Positions 56,021-64,000 of a DNA stretch of 64,000 nt are shown piece after piece. Origin of the DNA: an archaeon. Its GTDB lineage: Archaea; Hydrothermarchaeota; Hydrothermarchaeia; JALTZZ01. Positions within the stretch are counted from its first letter, which is position 1, and every line of letters starts with the position of its first letter. Both the position numbers and the translations under genes were made by a program. Location of the stretch: NCBI GenBank assembly GCA_027051165.1, contig JALTZZ010000011.1, positions 5,556 to 69,555 on the forward strand, in the 5' to 3' direction. The notes under the pieces are model-generated. The model saw only the letters and a list, made by a program, of their open reading frames with translations, was not told the DNA's origin and ran no database searches.

Positions 56021-56932
56021 ATGAATCTTGGTATTGATATTGGCGGAACAAACATAAAATTTGGATTTGTAGAAGGAAAAAAAGTTAAAAAAAAGAAAAT
56101 TATAAGAGCTAAAAAAGGAGAAATACTTTCCACAGTTAAAGATTTTATCCTAAAAAATAAGGATAGATTTGATAAAGTTGGATTGGCTGTTGCTGGCTTT
56201 CTTAAAAAGAATGGTGAAGTTGTATTTTCTCCAAACGTTAGAGAGCTTGACGGAACAAACTTTAAAGAGGAGCTTGGTGATGTTGGAAAAGAAATTCACG
56301 TTATAAACGATGTCAATGCAATGGCACTCTGCGAGCTTAAGTATGGATACGGAAAAAAATTTAGGAATTTCGTTGTCATAGCAATAGGAACCGGCGTTGG
56401 TGGTGCCATAGTTCTCGATCGCAAGCTGTATCTTGGCAGCATGGGATTTGCGGGTGAAATAGGGCATGCAGTTGTTGATATTAATGGGAGAACATGCAAA
56501 TGCGGGAGAAAAGGATGTTTAGAAACTTTCTTAGGAAGAAAATATATCCTCGAACTTTCAAAGAATATTATAGACAGAAGCTCCTCACTCTATGGAAAAG
56601 ATTATGATGTTGTCGATATATATCGAGAGGCAAAGAAAGGGGATAAATGTGCCTTGAAGGTATTCGATATTGTCGCAAGATATCTCGCAGTTGGAATAGT
56701 AAATGTTTTAAACATTTTGGACATAGATGGTGTCGTTCTTTCTGGCGGGATCTCAAACGAGATCTTATTGAGATGCCTCAGAATGCACTTGAAGGATGAA
56801 AAAATCGTTCCTAAAAACTTGGAAGTCAGAATAAGCAGATTTAGGAACAATGCTGGCATAATAGGGGCTTCAATATATGCAGATATGAGGAACAAGTCTT
56901 TAAAGTCATTAGATAATCTATCATTTTTATAA
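56021..56932 (+). CDS. ROK-family sugar kinase (glucokinase-like)
   Basis: GIDIGGT, NDVNA, GTGVGG, GEIGH, CKCGRKGCLE. Confidence 0.9.
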   Translation: MNLGIDIGGTNIKFGFVEGKKVKKKKIIRAKKGEILSTVKDFILKNKDRFDKVGLAVAGFLKKNGEVVFSPNVRELDGTNFKEELGDVGKEIHVINDVNAMALCELKYGYGKKFRNFVVIAIGTGVGGAIVLDRKLYLGSMGFAGEIGHAVVDINGRTCKCGRKGCLETFLGRKYILELSKNIIDRSSSLYGKDYDVVDIYREAKKGDKCALKVFDIVARYLAVGIVNVLNILDIDGVVLSGGISNEILLRCLRMHLKDEKIVPKNLEVRISRFRNNAGIIGASIYADMRNKSLKSLDNLSFL

Positions 56933-57044
56933 ATTATGTTTCTTAACTTTTACTCATGACTTCCGAAAATTATTTATATTTCATAAGGTCATTCTTATAA
57001 AAGTAAACTCATATCTCCCACCCCGCAGCATATAAAATATTTGG

Positions 57045-57638
57045 GTGTTGTCTATGAACAGAAGGTTTAAGCTTGATGATAAGGATAGGATGATAATATC
57101 TCTTTTATCTAAAAATCCAGAAATGAGTCAGAGTGATATAGCGAGAGTTGTTGGTATAAGTCAGCCTTCCGTTGGCATAAGACTCAAGAGGCTTCAAAAA
57201 GAGGGAACGATATCTATTGTCGCAGGAATAGATTTTAAAAAAATAAAGCTATATTTAGCTAAGGTTGAAATGGAGGCTAAAAATACTGTAGAAATAATAG
57301 AGAAATTTAAAAACTGTCCATACTTCGTTAATGCCTTTATAACATCTGGAAAGAAAAATCTGTGCATATTCTTCATGAGCGAAGATATAGCAACATTAGA
57401 TGCTCTTGTTGATAGAAATCTGAGAGGAAATCCGAATATAAAGAACGTTGAGATGAATCTCGTTGTTACACCGATATCAAGCTTCGTTCTGCCGATTAAA
57501 ATGAAGATAGAGAAGAGGGACGTTGCACCTTGTAATTTAGGCGTTGACTGCAGAGAATGCATATACTATAAGGAGCATAGATGCTTAGGTTGCCCCGCAC
57601 TTGGGCATTATAGGGGAAACTTCTGGAAGGTTGAATAG
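57045..57638 (+). CDS. Lrp/AsnC regulator with Cys-rich C-terminus
   Basis: LDDKDRMII...SQPSVGIRLKRL; PC...CREC....CLGCP. Confidence 0.85.
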   Translation: MLSMNRRFKLDDKDRMIISLLSKNPEMSQSDIARVVGISQPSVGIRLKRLQKEGTISIVAGIDFKKIKLYLAKVEMEAKNTVEIIEKFKNCPYFVNAFITSGKKNLCIFFMSEDIATLDALVDRNLRGNPNIKNVEMNLVVTPISSFVLPIKMKIEKRDVAPCNLGVDCRECIYYKEHRCLGCPALGHYRGNFWKVE

Positions 57639-58391
57639 CTAATCTGAAGATAGATCCTCGCCAGCGTAGAACGTCTGCTGAACAGCGTTATATAGGTCTT
57701 CCATGCCAAAGTTTTCCTGTGCGGAAACTGGGGTAATATTTCTATAAAGCTCCATTGATTCAAGAACTCTAAATATTTCCATATCAACCTGCTTATTCTC
57801 CATATTAAGATCATCGTAAAGTGAAAATGGATCGCTGCTCCATGAGATTATTTTTTCAAGCTCCTCTTCACTCAAAAGATCAACCTTGCTAAGTATATTT
57901 ACCTGTGGCAATCCAAGCCTAAAGTATGTAGAGGCTGAGAGAAAAAGCATGCTCACATATCCGCTTGGCGTCTTAGAAATTATGGGGTCAAACAAAAAAG
58001 CTACTAATGAATTTTCTCTTCCAAGAACGTCAATTATTATCTTTCCAGATTCCCTTAGGGTAAAGAGCTCCATCTGTCCGGGGGTATCTATTAAAACGTA
58101 TTCAACGGGATACTCTTCAATAGCCTTTTTTATTTCATCAGCTTTTGTTGCTATAAGGTCTGCACATATAATCTGCGCACCGTTGGGTCCAACGTTATAC
58201 ATATCCATGACTCTGCTTATGTCTATCCATTCCCTAACATCAACTTCGCATGTATACGGTATCCTCTCCGCACCGGGATCAAGGTTCACGGTTATACAGT
58301 CCAAACCCTGCTGATTTAACCAAAGCTGGAACGCATAGGTTAGCGTTGTTTTTCCAGAACCAGCACTTCCTATGAAGTATATATTCACCAT
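57639..58391 (-). CDS. GPN-loop GTPase
   Basis: GSAGSGKT, NLDPG, GPNG, DTPGQ. Confidence 0.93.
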   Translation of the reverse strand: MVNIYFIGSAGSGKTTLTYAFQLWLNQQGLDCITVNLDPGAERIPYTCEVDVREWIDISRVMDMYNVGPNGAQIICADLIATKADEIKKAIEEYPVEYVLIDTPGQMELFTLRESGKIIIDVLGRENSLVAFLFDPIISKTPSGYVSMLFLSASTYFRLGLPQVNILSKVDLLSEEELEKIISWSSDPFSLYDDLNMENKQVDMEIFRVLESMELYRNITPVSAQENFGMEDLYNAVQQTFYAGEDLSSD

Positions 58392-58425
58392 AGTTTTTTA
58401 ATAAGTAGATTTAACTTTAAAAATT

Positions 58426-59013
58426 ATGAACATATACTTTGGAGAATATGAGTTTAAAGTCTTTGCAAAAGTATATAAGCCAGCGGAAGATTCCTTCATG
58501 CTTGCTGAAAACTTAGAGATAAAAGCCAACGATAAAGTTCTTGACATGGGAACGGGATGCGGAATACAGGCAATAGTGGCAAGCAAAAGTGCAAAAGAGG
58601 TTCATGCATGCGACATAAATATACAAGCAGTGAGATGTGCGAGATTCAATGCAGAGAAATATGGTAGAGATATCGAGGTTTTCTGGAGCGATCTCTTCTC
58701 AAACATCCTCGAAAGCTACGATGTCATAATATTTAACCCCCCATATTTGCCGAGAGAAAGAGATGAAAAGAAGGATATCGAAACAAGAGCATGGAACGGC
58801 GGAAAAAGTGGTAGAGAGGTCTTAGATAGGTTCCTTGAAGAGGTTCCAGAGTATTTAAATAAAAATGGCAGACTATTCCTTGTTCAATCTTCATTGACAG
58901 ATTTAAATAAAACCATAGAAAAACTTAAAAATTTAAATTTTAAAATAGAAATAAAGGAAAGAAAAAGGTTTTTCTTTGAAGAACTCTATGTTATAAAAGC
59001 TGTAAAACGCTGA
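58426..59013 (+). CDS. HemK2/PrmC-family release factor glutamine methyltransferase
   Basis: VYKPAEDS, DMGTGCG, FNPPY, FFEEL. Confidence 0.9.
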   Translation: MNIYFGEYEFKVFAKVYKPAEDSFMLAENLEIKANDKVLDMGTGCGIQAIVASKSAKEVHACDINIQAVRCARFNAEKYGRDIEVFWSDLFSNILESYDVIIFNPPYLPRERDEKKDIETRAWNGGKSGREVLDRFLEEVPEYLNKNGRLFLVQSSLTDLNKTIEKLKNLNFKIEIKERKRFFFEELYVIKAVKR

Positions 59014-59062
59014 TACTTGATAAAAAAATAATATAAAAGATTAAGATATATAAACAGACAGC

Positions 59063-59701
59063 ATGCCAAAGTTCATTACAATAGTAAGGAAGGATATAAT
59101 TCAGGAGTTTAGAGATAAGCAGACATTAAATACAATGTTCCTGTTCTCATTTTTAACCGTAGTTATTTTTAGCTATTCTCTTTTCGAAGTATCTTTTGTT
59201 CCTCATCTTTTATGGATCATAATACTTTTTGCAAGCCTGCTCGGTCTTTCGAGAGCATTTTTTAAAGAAAAGGAAGTAGGAACTCTTGAAGGTCTGCTAA
59301 TTTCACCAATATCCCCTACAAGCATTCTAATAGCAAAGATAATCTACAACTTTATACTCATCCTTATAATTGAATTTTCGCTGTTCATTCTCTTTTTAAT
59401 CTTCTTTGAAGTGAATTTTGGAATCTATGGTTTTTTATTTACACTTTATGCAACTCTCGGCTTTGTTGTTGTTATTTCAGTTTTTTCATCTTTCCTTTTA
59501 AATTCAAAGGCAAAAAGCATGATGCTCCCAGTAATATCAATGCCTATAATTTTCCCACTTCTTTTAGCAAGTATTTCCGGATTGAGAAAGATTATGGACG
59601 GCAATCTTGATATCCTAAGCGAAATAAAATTAATCACATCATATATAGGTATCGTATCTGTTATTTCTATGTTAACGTTTGAGTATGTAATTGAGGATTG
59701 A
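59063..59701 (+). CDS. ccmB: Haem exporter CcmB
   Basis: KDIIQEFRDK, LWII, KEKEVGTLEGLLISP, LPVISMPIIFP. Confidence 0.85.
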   Translation: MPKFITIVRKDIIQEFRDKQTLNTMFLFSFLTVVIFSYSLFEVSFVPHLLWIIILFASLLGLSRAFFKEKEVGTLEGLLISPISPTSILIAKIIYNFILILIIEFSLFILFLIFFEVNFGIYGFLFTLYATLGFVVVISVFSSFLLNSKAKSMMLPVISMPIIFPLLLASISGLRKIMDGNLDILSEIKLITSYIGIVSVISMLTFEYVIED

Positions 59702-59732
59702 CCTCCTCCGCCCTCTAAAGGGCGAGGCTTTC
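59698..59732 (-). mobile_element. Solo IS200/IS605 right-end fragment
   Basis: Minus strand GAAAGCCTCGCCCTTTAGAGGGCGGAGGAGGTCAA: hairpin plus TCAA end. Confidence 0.7.
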
Positions 59733-59784
59733 TTAGCGATGTTTTGTAATTTTTTTTAATTGGTTAAATTTATCTACGTATGCG

Positions 59785-60438
59785 ATGCTGCCGCTTGTAA
59801 TCCTTGTATACTTACTGGTAATCTATGGAATGTATAATGCTCTGCTTGTATTTGGACCAATAGACTTCTATGGAAAGCCTTGGGACAGCTACAGAATCGT
59901 CTTCTTCCACGTTCCCGCTGCTGTTACAAGCTATGTTGCGTTTACTGTAACCCTCATCTTCAGCATTGGATATCTTGCAAAAAGAAAGGTTACATACGAT
60001 ATTATAGCAAGTAAATCGGCAAAACTTGGGCTTATTTTTGCCACGCTTACGCTGGTAAGCGGAATAATATTCTCTAAGGAAGGCTGGGGTGCTTATTGGA
60101 ACTGGGATCCAAGGCAGACAACGATGCTCATTCTCTGGTTCGTGTATGCTGGTTATCTCGTTCTCAGAAGTGCAATTGAGAATGAGGAACAGAAGGCAAA
60201 GGTTAGTGCAGCCTATGGAATATTCGGATACGTTACTATACCGCTGACATATCTATCAACGAAGCTCTGGTTTTCCTTACATCCGACAGCAAGCAAGTTT
60301 GGATTATCTCCAGCAATGAAACCTGTTCTCGTGATAATGATAATTTCGATGATAGCTCTATATGCATACATGTTAAGGATTGAGGTTAAGTTGGAGAAGC
60401 TGGAAAGATACATAAAGGTGAGGGTATATGGGCTATGA
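59785..60438 (+). CDS. ccmC: Cytochrome c biogenesis CcmC
   Basis: FFHVP, WGAYWNWDPRQT (WWD domain), SLHP. Confidence 0.92.
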   Translation: MLPLVILVYLLVIYGMYNALLVFGPIDFYGKPWDSYRIVFFHVPAAVTSYVAFTVTLIFSIGYLAKRKVTYDIIASKSAKLGLIFATLTLVSGIIFSKEGWGAYWNWDPRQTTMLILWFVYAGYLVLRSAIENEEQKAKVSAAYGIFGYVTIPLTYLSTKLWFSLHPTASKFGLSPAMKPVLVIMIISMIALYAYMLRIEVKLEKLERYIKVRVYGL

Positions 60439-60562
60439 ACCCGTGTTTGCTGTAGCCGTTCTGCTCTGGACGGGGCTTATAGTATATCTCATTACGCTCG
60501 ATATTAAATTAAGGAAACTTTCAAAACTCATAAAAGAGGTTGAAGAATATGAAAATAAGTAA
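60428..60562 (+). CDS. ccmD: CcmD-like small membrane protein (44 aa, not in ORF track)
   Basis: MGYEPVFAVAVLLWTGLIVYLITLDIKLRKL, between ccmC and ccmE. Confidence 0.7.
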   Translation: MGYEPVFAVAVLLWTGLIVYLITLDIKLRKLSKLIKEVEEYENK

Positions 60563-60977
60563 GAAAAATTTTAAAATATACGTGGGAGTTGTGGTTGTAG
60601 CTCTCTTCATGCTTATAGGGTTTAGTGCACTCTTCGGATTCTTAAGCCCCACTCTAAGCGTTAGTGAAGTTTCCGAAAAATATCTTGGTAAGGTTGTTCA
60701 AGTTCATGGTTACGTTGTAAAGGAGAGTATTTCTTGGGTTCCGGGAAACTTAAACTTTACTATGACGGATGGAAAAGCGTATATAAATGTTGTATACTAT
60801 GGAACCTTGCCAGCAAACTTTCCTGTTGGGAGTGAGATAAACGAAAAGTCGAAAATTGAGGTTCTTGTTACTGGAAAGCTTGTTGATAAAAATACTATTT
60901 TAGCCAAAGGTAGTAAATCTCTGCTCGTTAAGTGTCCAAGTAAATATCAAGAAATTGAAAAAGAGGTGAAAAAGTGA
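60549..60977 (+). CDS. ccmE: Haem chaperone CcmE (CxxxY variant)
   Basis: N-terminal TM, FTMTDG, VYYG..P, KCPSKY. Confidence 0.88.
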   Translation: MKISKKNFKIYVGVVVVALFMLIGFSALFGFLSPTLSVSEVSEKYLGKVVQVHGYVVKESISWVPGNLNFTMTDGKAYINVVYYGTLPANFPVGSEINEKSKIEVLVTGKLVDKNTILAKGSKSLLVKCPSKYQEIEKEVKK

Positions 60978-63076
60978 TAGGTAGTGTATTGCTCTACAGC
61001 ACATTCTTAGTGAACGTTCTTGCAATAATCTTAGTAATCTTAAACAAAAATAAAATTGCAAAATATCTCGTAAGAATTTCCTTCTTTCTCCTTGTTGCTA
61101 CAACGCTTTTGTTGGCATACTACTTCGTAACCTCCGACTTCAGATTTTTATACGTCTGGCAGTATAGCGAAAAAAACCTAAGCTTCTGGTATAAGCTCTC
61201 CGGACTATGGGCTGGGCAAGAGGGAACATACCTAATATGGGCAATTGTAGTCCTTGCCTCAGCCCTCTGGTATGCTGAAAAGTTCAACCTTGAAGATAGG
61301 GTGGCATCAACAATAGTTCTGCTCACCTCAGCTCTTTTAATAGGACTTGCTCTTCTTACAAACCCATTTAAAACGTTTCTTCAGTTCTTCGAGGAGCAGG
61401 CAAAAAACTTTGCAGTTCCGCTCAGCAACGTCATACACTTTTACGAGCAACAATATGGCATGCCTTTTATGGGCGATAGATTCCCAGACGGAAATGGACT
61501 TAATCCTCTACTTAAAGACCCTTGGATGGCAGTTCACCCACCGGTAGTTTTCATAGGATATGGAACTCTTGCTCTGCCATTTGCTATGGCTATCTCGTAT
61601 CTCTGGAGCAGATATCAAAGATGGCTCGATGTTTCACTTTTCTGGATAAGAATTTCATGGCTCTTTTTAACCCTCGGCATAGCTATAGGAGGATACTGGG
61701 CATACAAGGTTCTCGGCTGGGGAGGATTTTGGGCATGGGACCCTGTTGAAACTGCAAGCCTAATCCCGTGGCTAACTCTCACAGCCTTTCTGCATGCGTT
61801 TCACAGAAGATATGATAATCTTTCTCTCTTATTAATAAGCGTATCATACGCCTTTATATTCTATGCTACGTTTATAACAAGGAGCGGAATATGGGAGAGC
61901 GTCCATGCATTCGCAGAAACTGTCGCTGGCTTCTGGCTTGCACTTGCAATCCTAAATTCTGTGATTATTCCATCAATTTTAATAGGGGAAAGGATATTTA
62001 AAGGCTACAACGATGTCTCAAAGAAAGTTGCTTTCTCAATATTCCTATCTCAGGTAATCTTCATTACATACAGAATACTAATCCAAGACTTTTCCATGAT
62101 GAAGCTCTATGAATTTATAGCCTTAGCTGTTCTCTCCATAGGAATATTCTTAGGCGTATTGAGAAGTGATAAAATAAAAAGGGTTGCAGATGAGATTAAG
62201 AAAGAAGAAAAGAGAAAAGAATACGTTGAAATTAACATATTCTCAAGTGCTACAATGTTTACGATAACAATAATTCTATTATCAGTATTAGCTTTTGTCT
62301 CTTTTTGGGGGTTAACGCAACCAATAATCATTCAAGCATACTCTGGAGAAAAGATAAAAGTTACTCCAGAGTTCTTTAATACATGGAGCTATCCTTTTAC
62401 CTATATGCTAATTATAATTCTTGTTTTGTGCCTTTCCTACAGATACAACAAAAAACTTTCCAAGATTCTGACCGTATCATCATTTGCTTTTTCCATACTC
62501 TTAGCGTTTATTTTGAAGTCCTATGAGCTTTTAATTGTAGGAGCATCAATTTTCGCAGCTTTTGCAAGCGTTCTCGTAATGCCAAGAGGTTATATATATC
62601 TATCTCACTTAGGCGTTGCACTAATCCTTATAGGTGCAATACTAAGCACAACCCTCGACGAAGAAAAAAGAATATTCTTCAATTATGATTTTGAAAAAGG
62701 AATTGAAAAGTCTGTAAAGCCAATAAATGATAAATATGGGATTAAAATTGAAAGTATGAGGATATTTCCTAATGAAAAGGGGTACATGACAACAGAACTC
62801 CTCGTTACTATTTACAAGAACGGAAAAGAAATCGGGAGCGGGACCACAGGAATTGTGAATGATCTAAAATGGGGAAGGGTGTTTAAAGTGTATATAGAAA
62901 ACGATTTCCTTAGCTCTATCTATGTTGTATTTGAGGGAATAGGTGCCCATGGATATGAAAGCGAAGGAATAACAATACCGATAACGGTAATAATACACCC
63001 ATATGTTGTTCTTTTGTGGCTCGGTATAATACTTCTTTCCATAGGAATACTGCCGAGAATTCTAAATAAAGAATAA
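60974..63076 (+). CDS. ccmF: Cytochrome c synthetase CcmF
   Basis: WAGQEG, GLNPLL, HPP, LGWGGFWAWDPVE, TRSG..SVHAF. Confidence 0.93.
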   Translation: MIGSVLLYSTFLVNVLAIILVILNKNKIAKYLVRISFFLLVATTLLLAYYFVTSDFRFLYVWQYSEKNLSFWYKLSGLWAGQEGTYLIWAIVVLASALWYAEKFNLEDRVASTIVLLTSALLIGLALLTNPFKTFLQFFEEQAKNFAVPLSNVIHFYEQQYGMPFMGDRFPDGNGLNPLLKDPWMAVHPPVVFIGYGTLALPFAMAISYLWSRYQRWLDVSLFWIRISWLFLTLGIAIGGYWAYKVLGWGGFWAWDPVETASLIPWLTLTAFLHAFHRRYDNLSLLLISVSYAFIFYATFITRSGIWESVHAFAETVAGFWLALAILNSVIIPSILIGERIFKGYNDVSKKVAFSIFLSQVIFITYRILIQDFSMMKLYEFIALAVLSIGIFLGVLRSDKIKRVADEIKKEEKRKEYVEINIFSSATMFTITIILLSVLAFVSFWGLTQPIIIQAYSGEKIKVTPEFFNTWSYPFTYMLIIILVLCLSYRYNKKLSKILTVSSFAFSILLAFILKSYELLIVGASIFAAFASVLVMPRGYIYLSHLGVALILIGAILSTTLDEEKRIFFNYDFEKGIEKSVKPINDKYGIKIESMRIFPNEKGYMTTELLVTIYKNGKEIGSGTTGIVNDLKWGRVFKVYIENDFLSSIYVVFEGIGAHGYESEGITIPITVIIHPYVVLLWLGIILLSIGILPRILNKE

Positions 63077-63444
63077 TATTTGAGATATTTTTGTCGAAAA
63101 ATTAAAAAAATCAAGCTTAAAATTTTAAAAAATTACTGAAACCCTATTATTGTTGAAAATGATTATATTAGCTCAAAACCGCTAAATTGGTAAAAAAATT
63201 TTGTTAACTATATAGGGTATTGTGTTGTAAGATATAATCCAAAAATGACGGAAATACTATATAACCCTCTTGTGGGATGAGTGATGCAAGGAGGTTAGTT
63301 TTTCTATAAAAACAAATTTTTCGAGAGAAACTATTCATTCTTATAAAAGGACGTTTGCATTAGAAACAAAGCAAAATTTTCCAGACGAAACGCAGAAAGA
63401 TTTATATAGGGGAAGGGGTATTAACCCCTTCTCCGGTGAAAAAC

Positions 63445-64000
63445 ATGAAACATCCTCTAATCCCAGATTTAAGACATTCAACATGGAGGAATTTCAAACA
63501 AATCTTTTTGACAGCAGGACTGTTAAGAAAGAGTTGGCTAAAGCTTGGATAAAATCGGTTAAGAGGGCAGCTCTAATGCTTAGAATAACGATAACAGCGA
63601 TATTCTTTGAGAGAAGCATAACAGATAGAGGAGCTTAAAAGTAATGGAGAGCTCAGATTAGAGCTGCAGAGATTCCATCTGCAGACGAAATATACAGCTT
63701 CCTCAGCAGATTCAGCGAGGATCAGTTCATAAAGCTTTTATCAGTTATAAACAGGTTAAGCAAGAGGAGCTCGATAAAGCTCCTCGATACTACCGATGTA
63801 AATCTGTTCAGAGAGCAAAAAATATAAATGGGGCTATGCTGTAGGCAAGGGGTTCTATAGGGGCTACAAGCTCGCTTTAGTCGTTGAATTTCCCTCTTTA
63901 AAGTCCAAGGGATTTATCTATACGAAAGCTCGCCAAACGATTCTAAACTTTTCTTAGAAATCGTCAAAGACCTTAAGAGAAGGAGAGTTCTGAGAAAGGT
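63445..64000 (+). pseudogene. Degraded DDE transposase (IS5/IS4-like archaeal type), runs off window end
   Basis: Multi-frame fragments MKHPLIP / FDSRTVKKELAK / IPSADEIYSFLSRFSEDQF / LDTTDVNLFR / GFYRGYKLALVVE; hairpin gaaggggt-atta-accccttc just upstream. Confidence 0.7.

Overview
Archaeal chromosome segment, AT-rich, with GGTGA/GGAGG ribosome-binding sites. It carries an A1AO ATP synthase operon, dph5, rps17e, mfnF and a Ccm cytochrome c maturation cluster, so the host is probably a thermophilic anaerobic euryarchaeote (Hydrothermarchaeota-like is a guess, not established). Two accessory regions interrupt the housekeeping backbone. (1) A ~15.4 kb island (3366-18791) lies between an intact tRNA-Gln(CTG) and a 41-bp direct repeat of its 3' half. 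It encodes a Tat-exported ArrA/PsrA-clade molybdoenzyme, a 4Fe-4S subunit, a lipoprotein dihaem cytochrome c, maturation factors, an Acr3/ArsP/ArsR arsenic-resistance cluster and a decayed toxin-antitoxin pair. No integrase remains. (2) An ~11 kb virus/plasmid-like element (~43970-54816) abuts tRNA-Leu(CAG). It encodes a wHTH+PD-(D/E)XK nuclease, an HUH rolling-circle Rep, a structured putative origin, Hfq/Sm-like and RHH proteins, and a tightly coupled module of membrane-anchored secreted proteins, a Zot/A32-like ATPase and a membrane-anchored trypsin-like protease. It has no recognisable integrase, capsid or pleolipovirus-size fusogen, and is the best candidate for an undescribed system. Several IS200/IS605 ends and a decayed DDE transposase are also present. 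All family assignments come from motif recognition by eye, without database searches.
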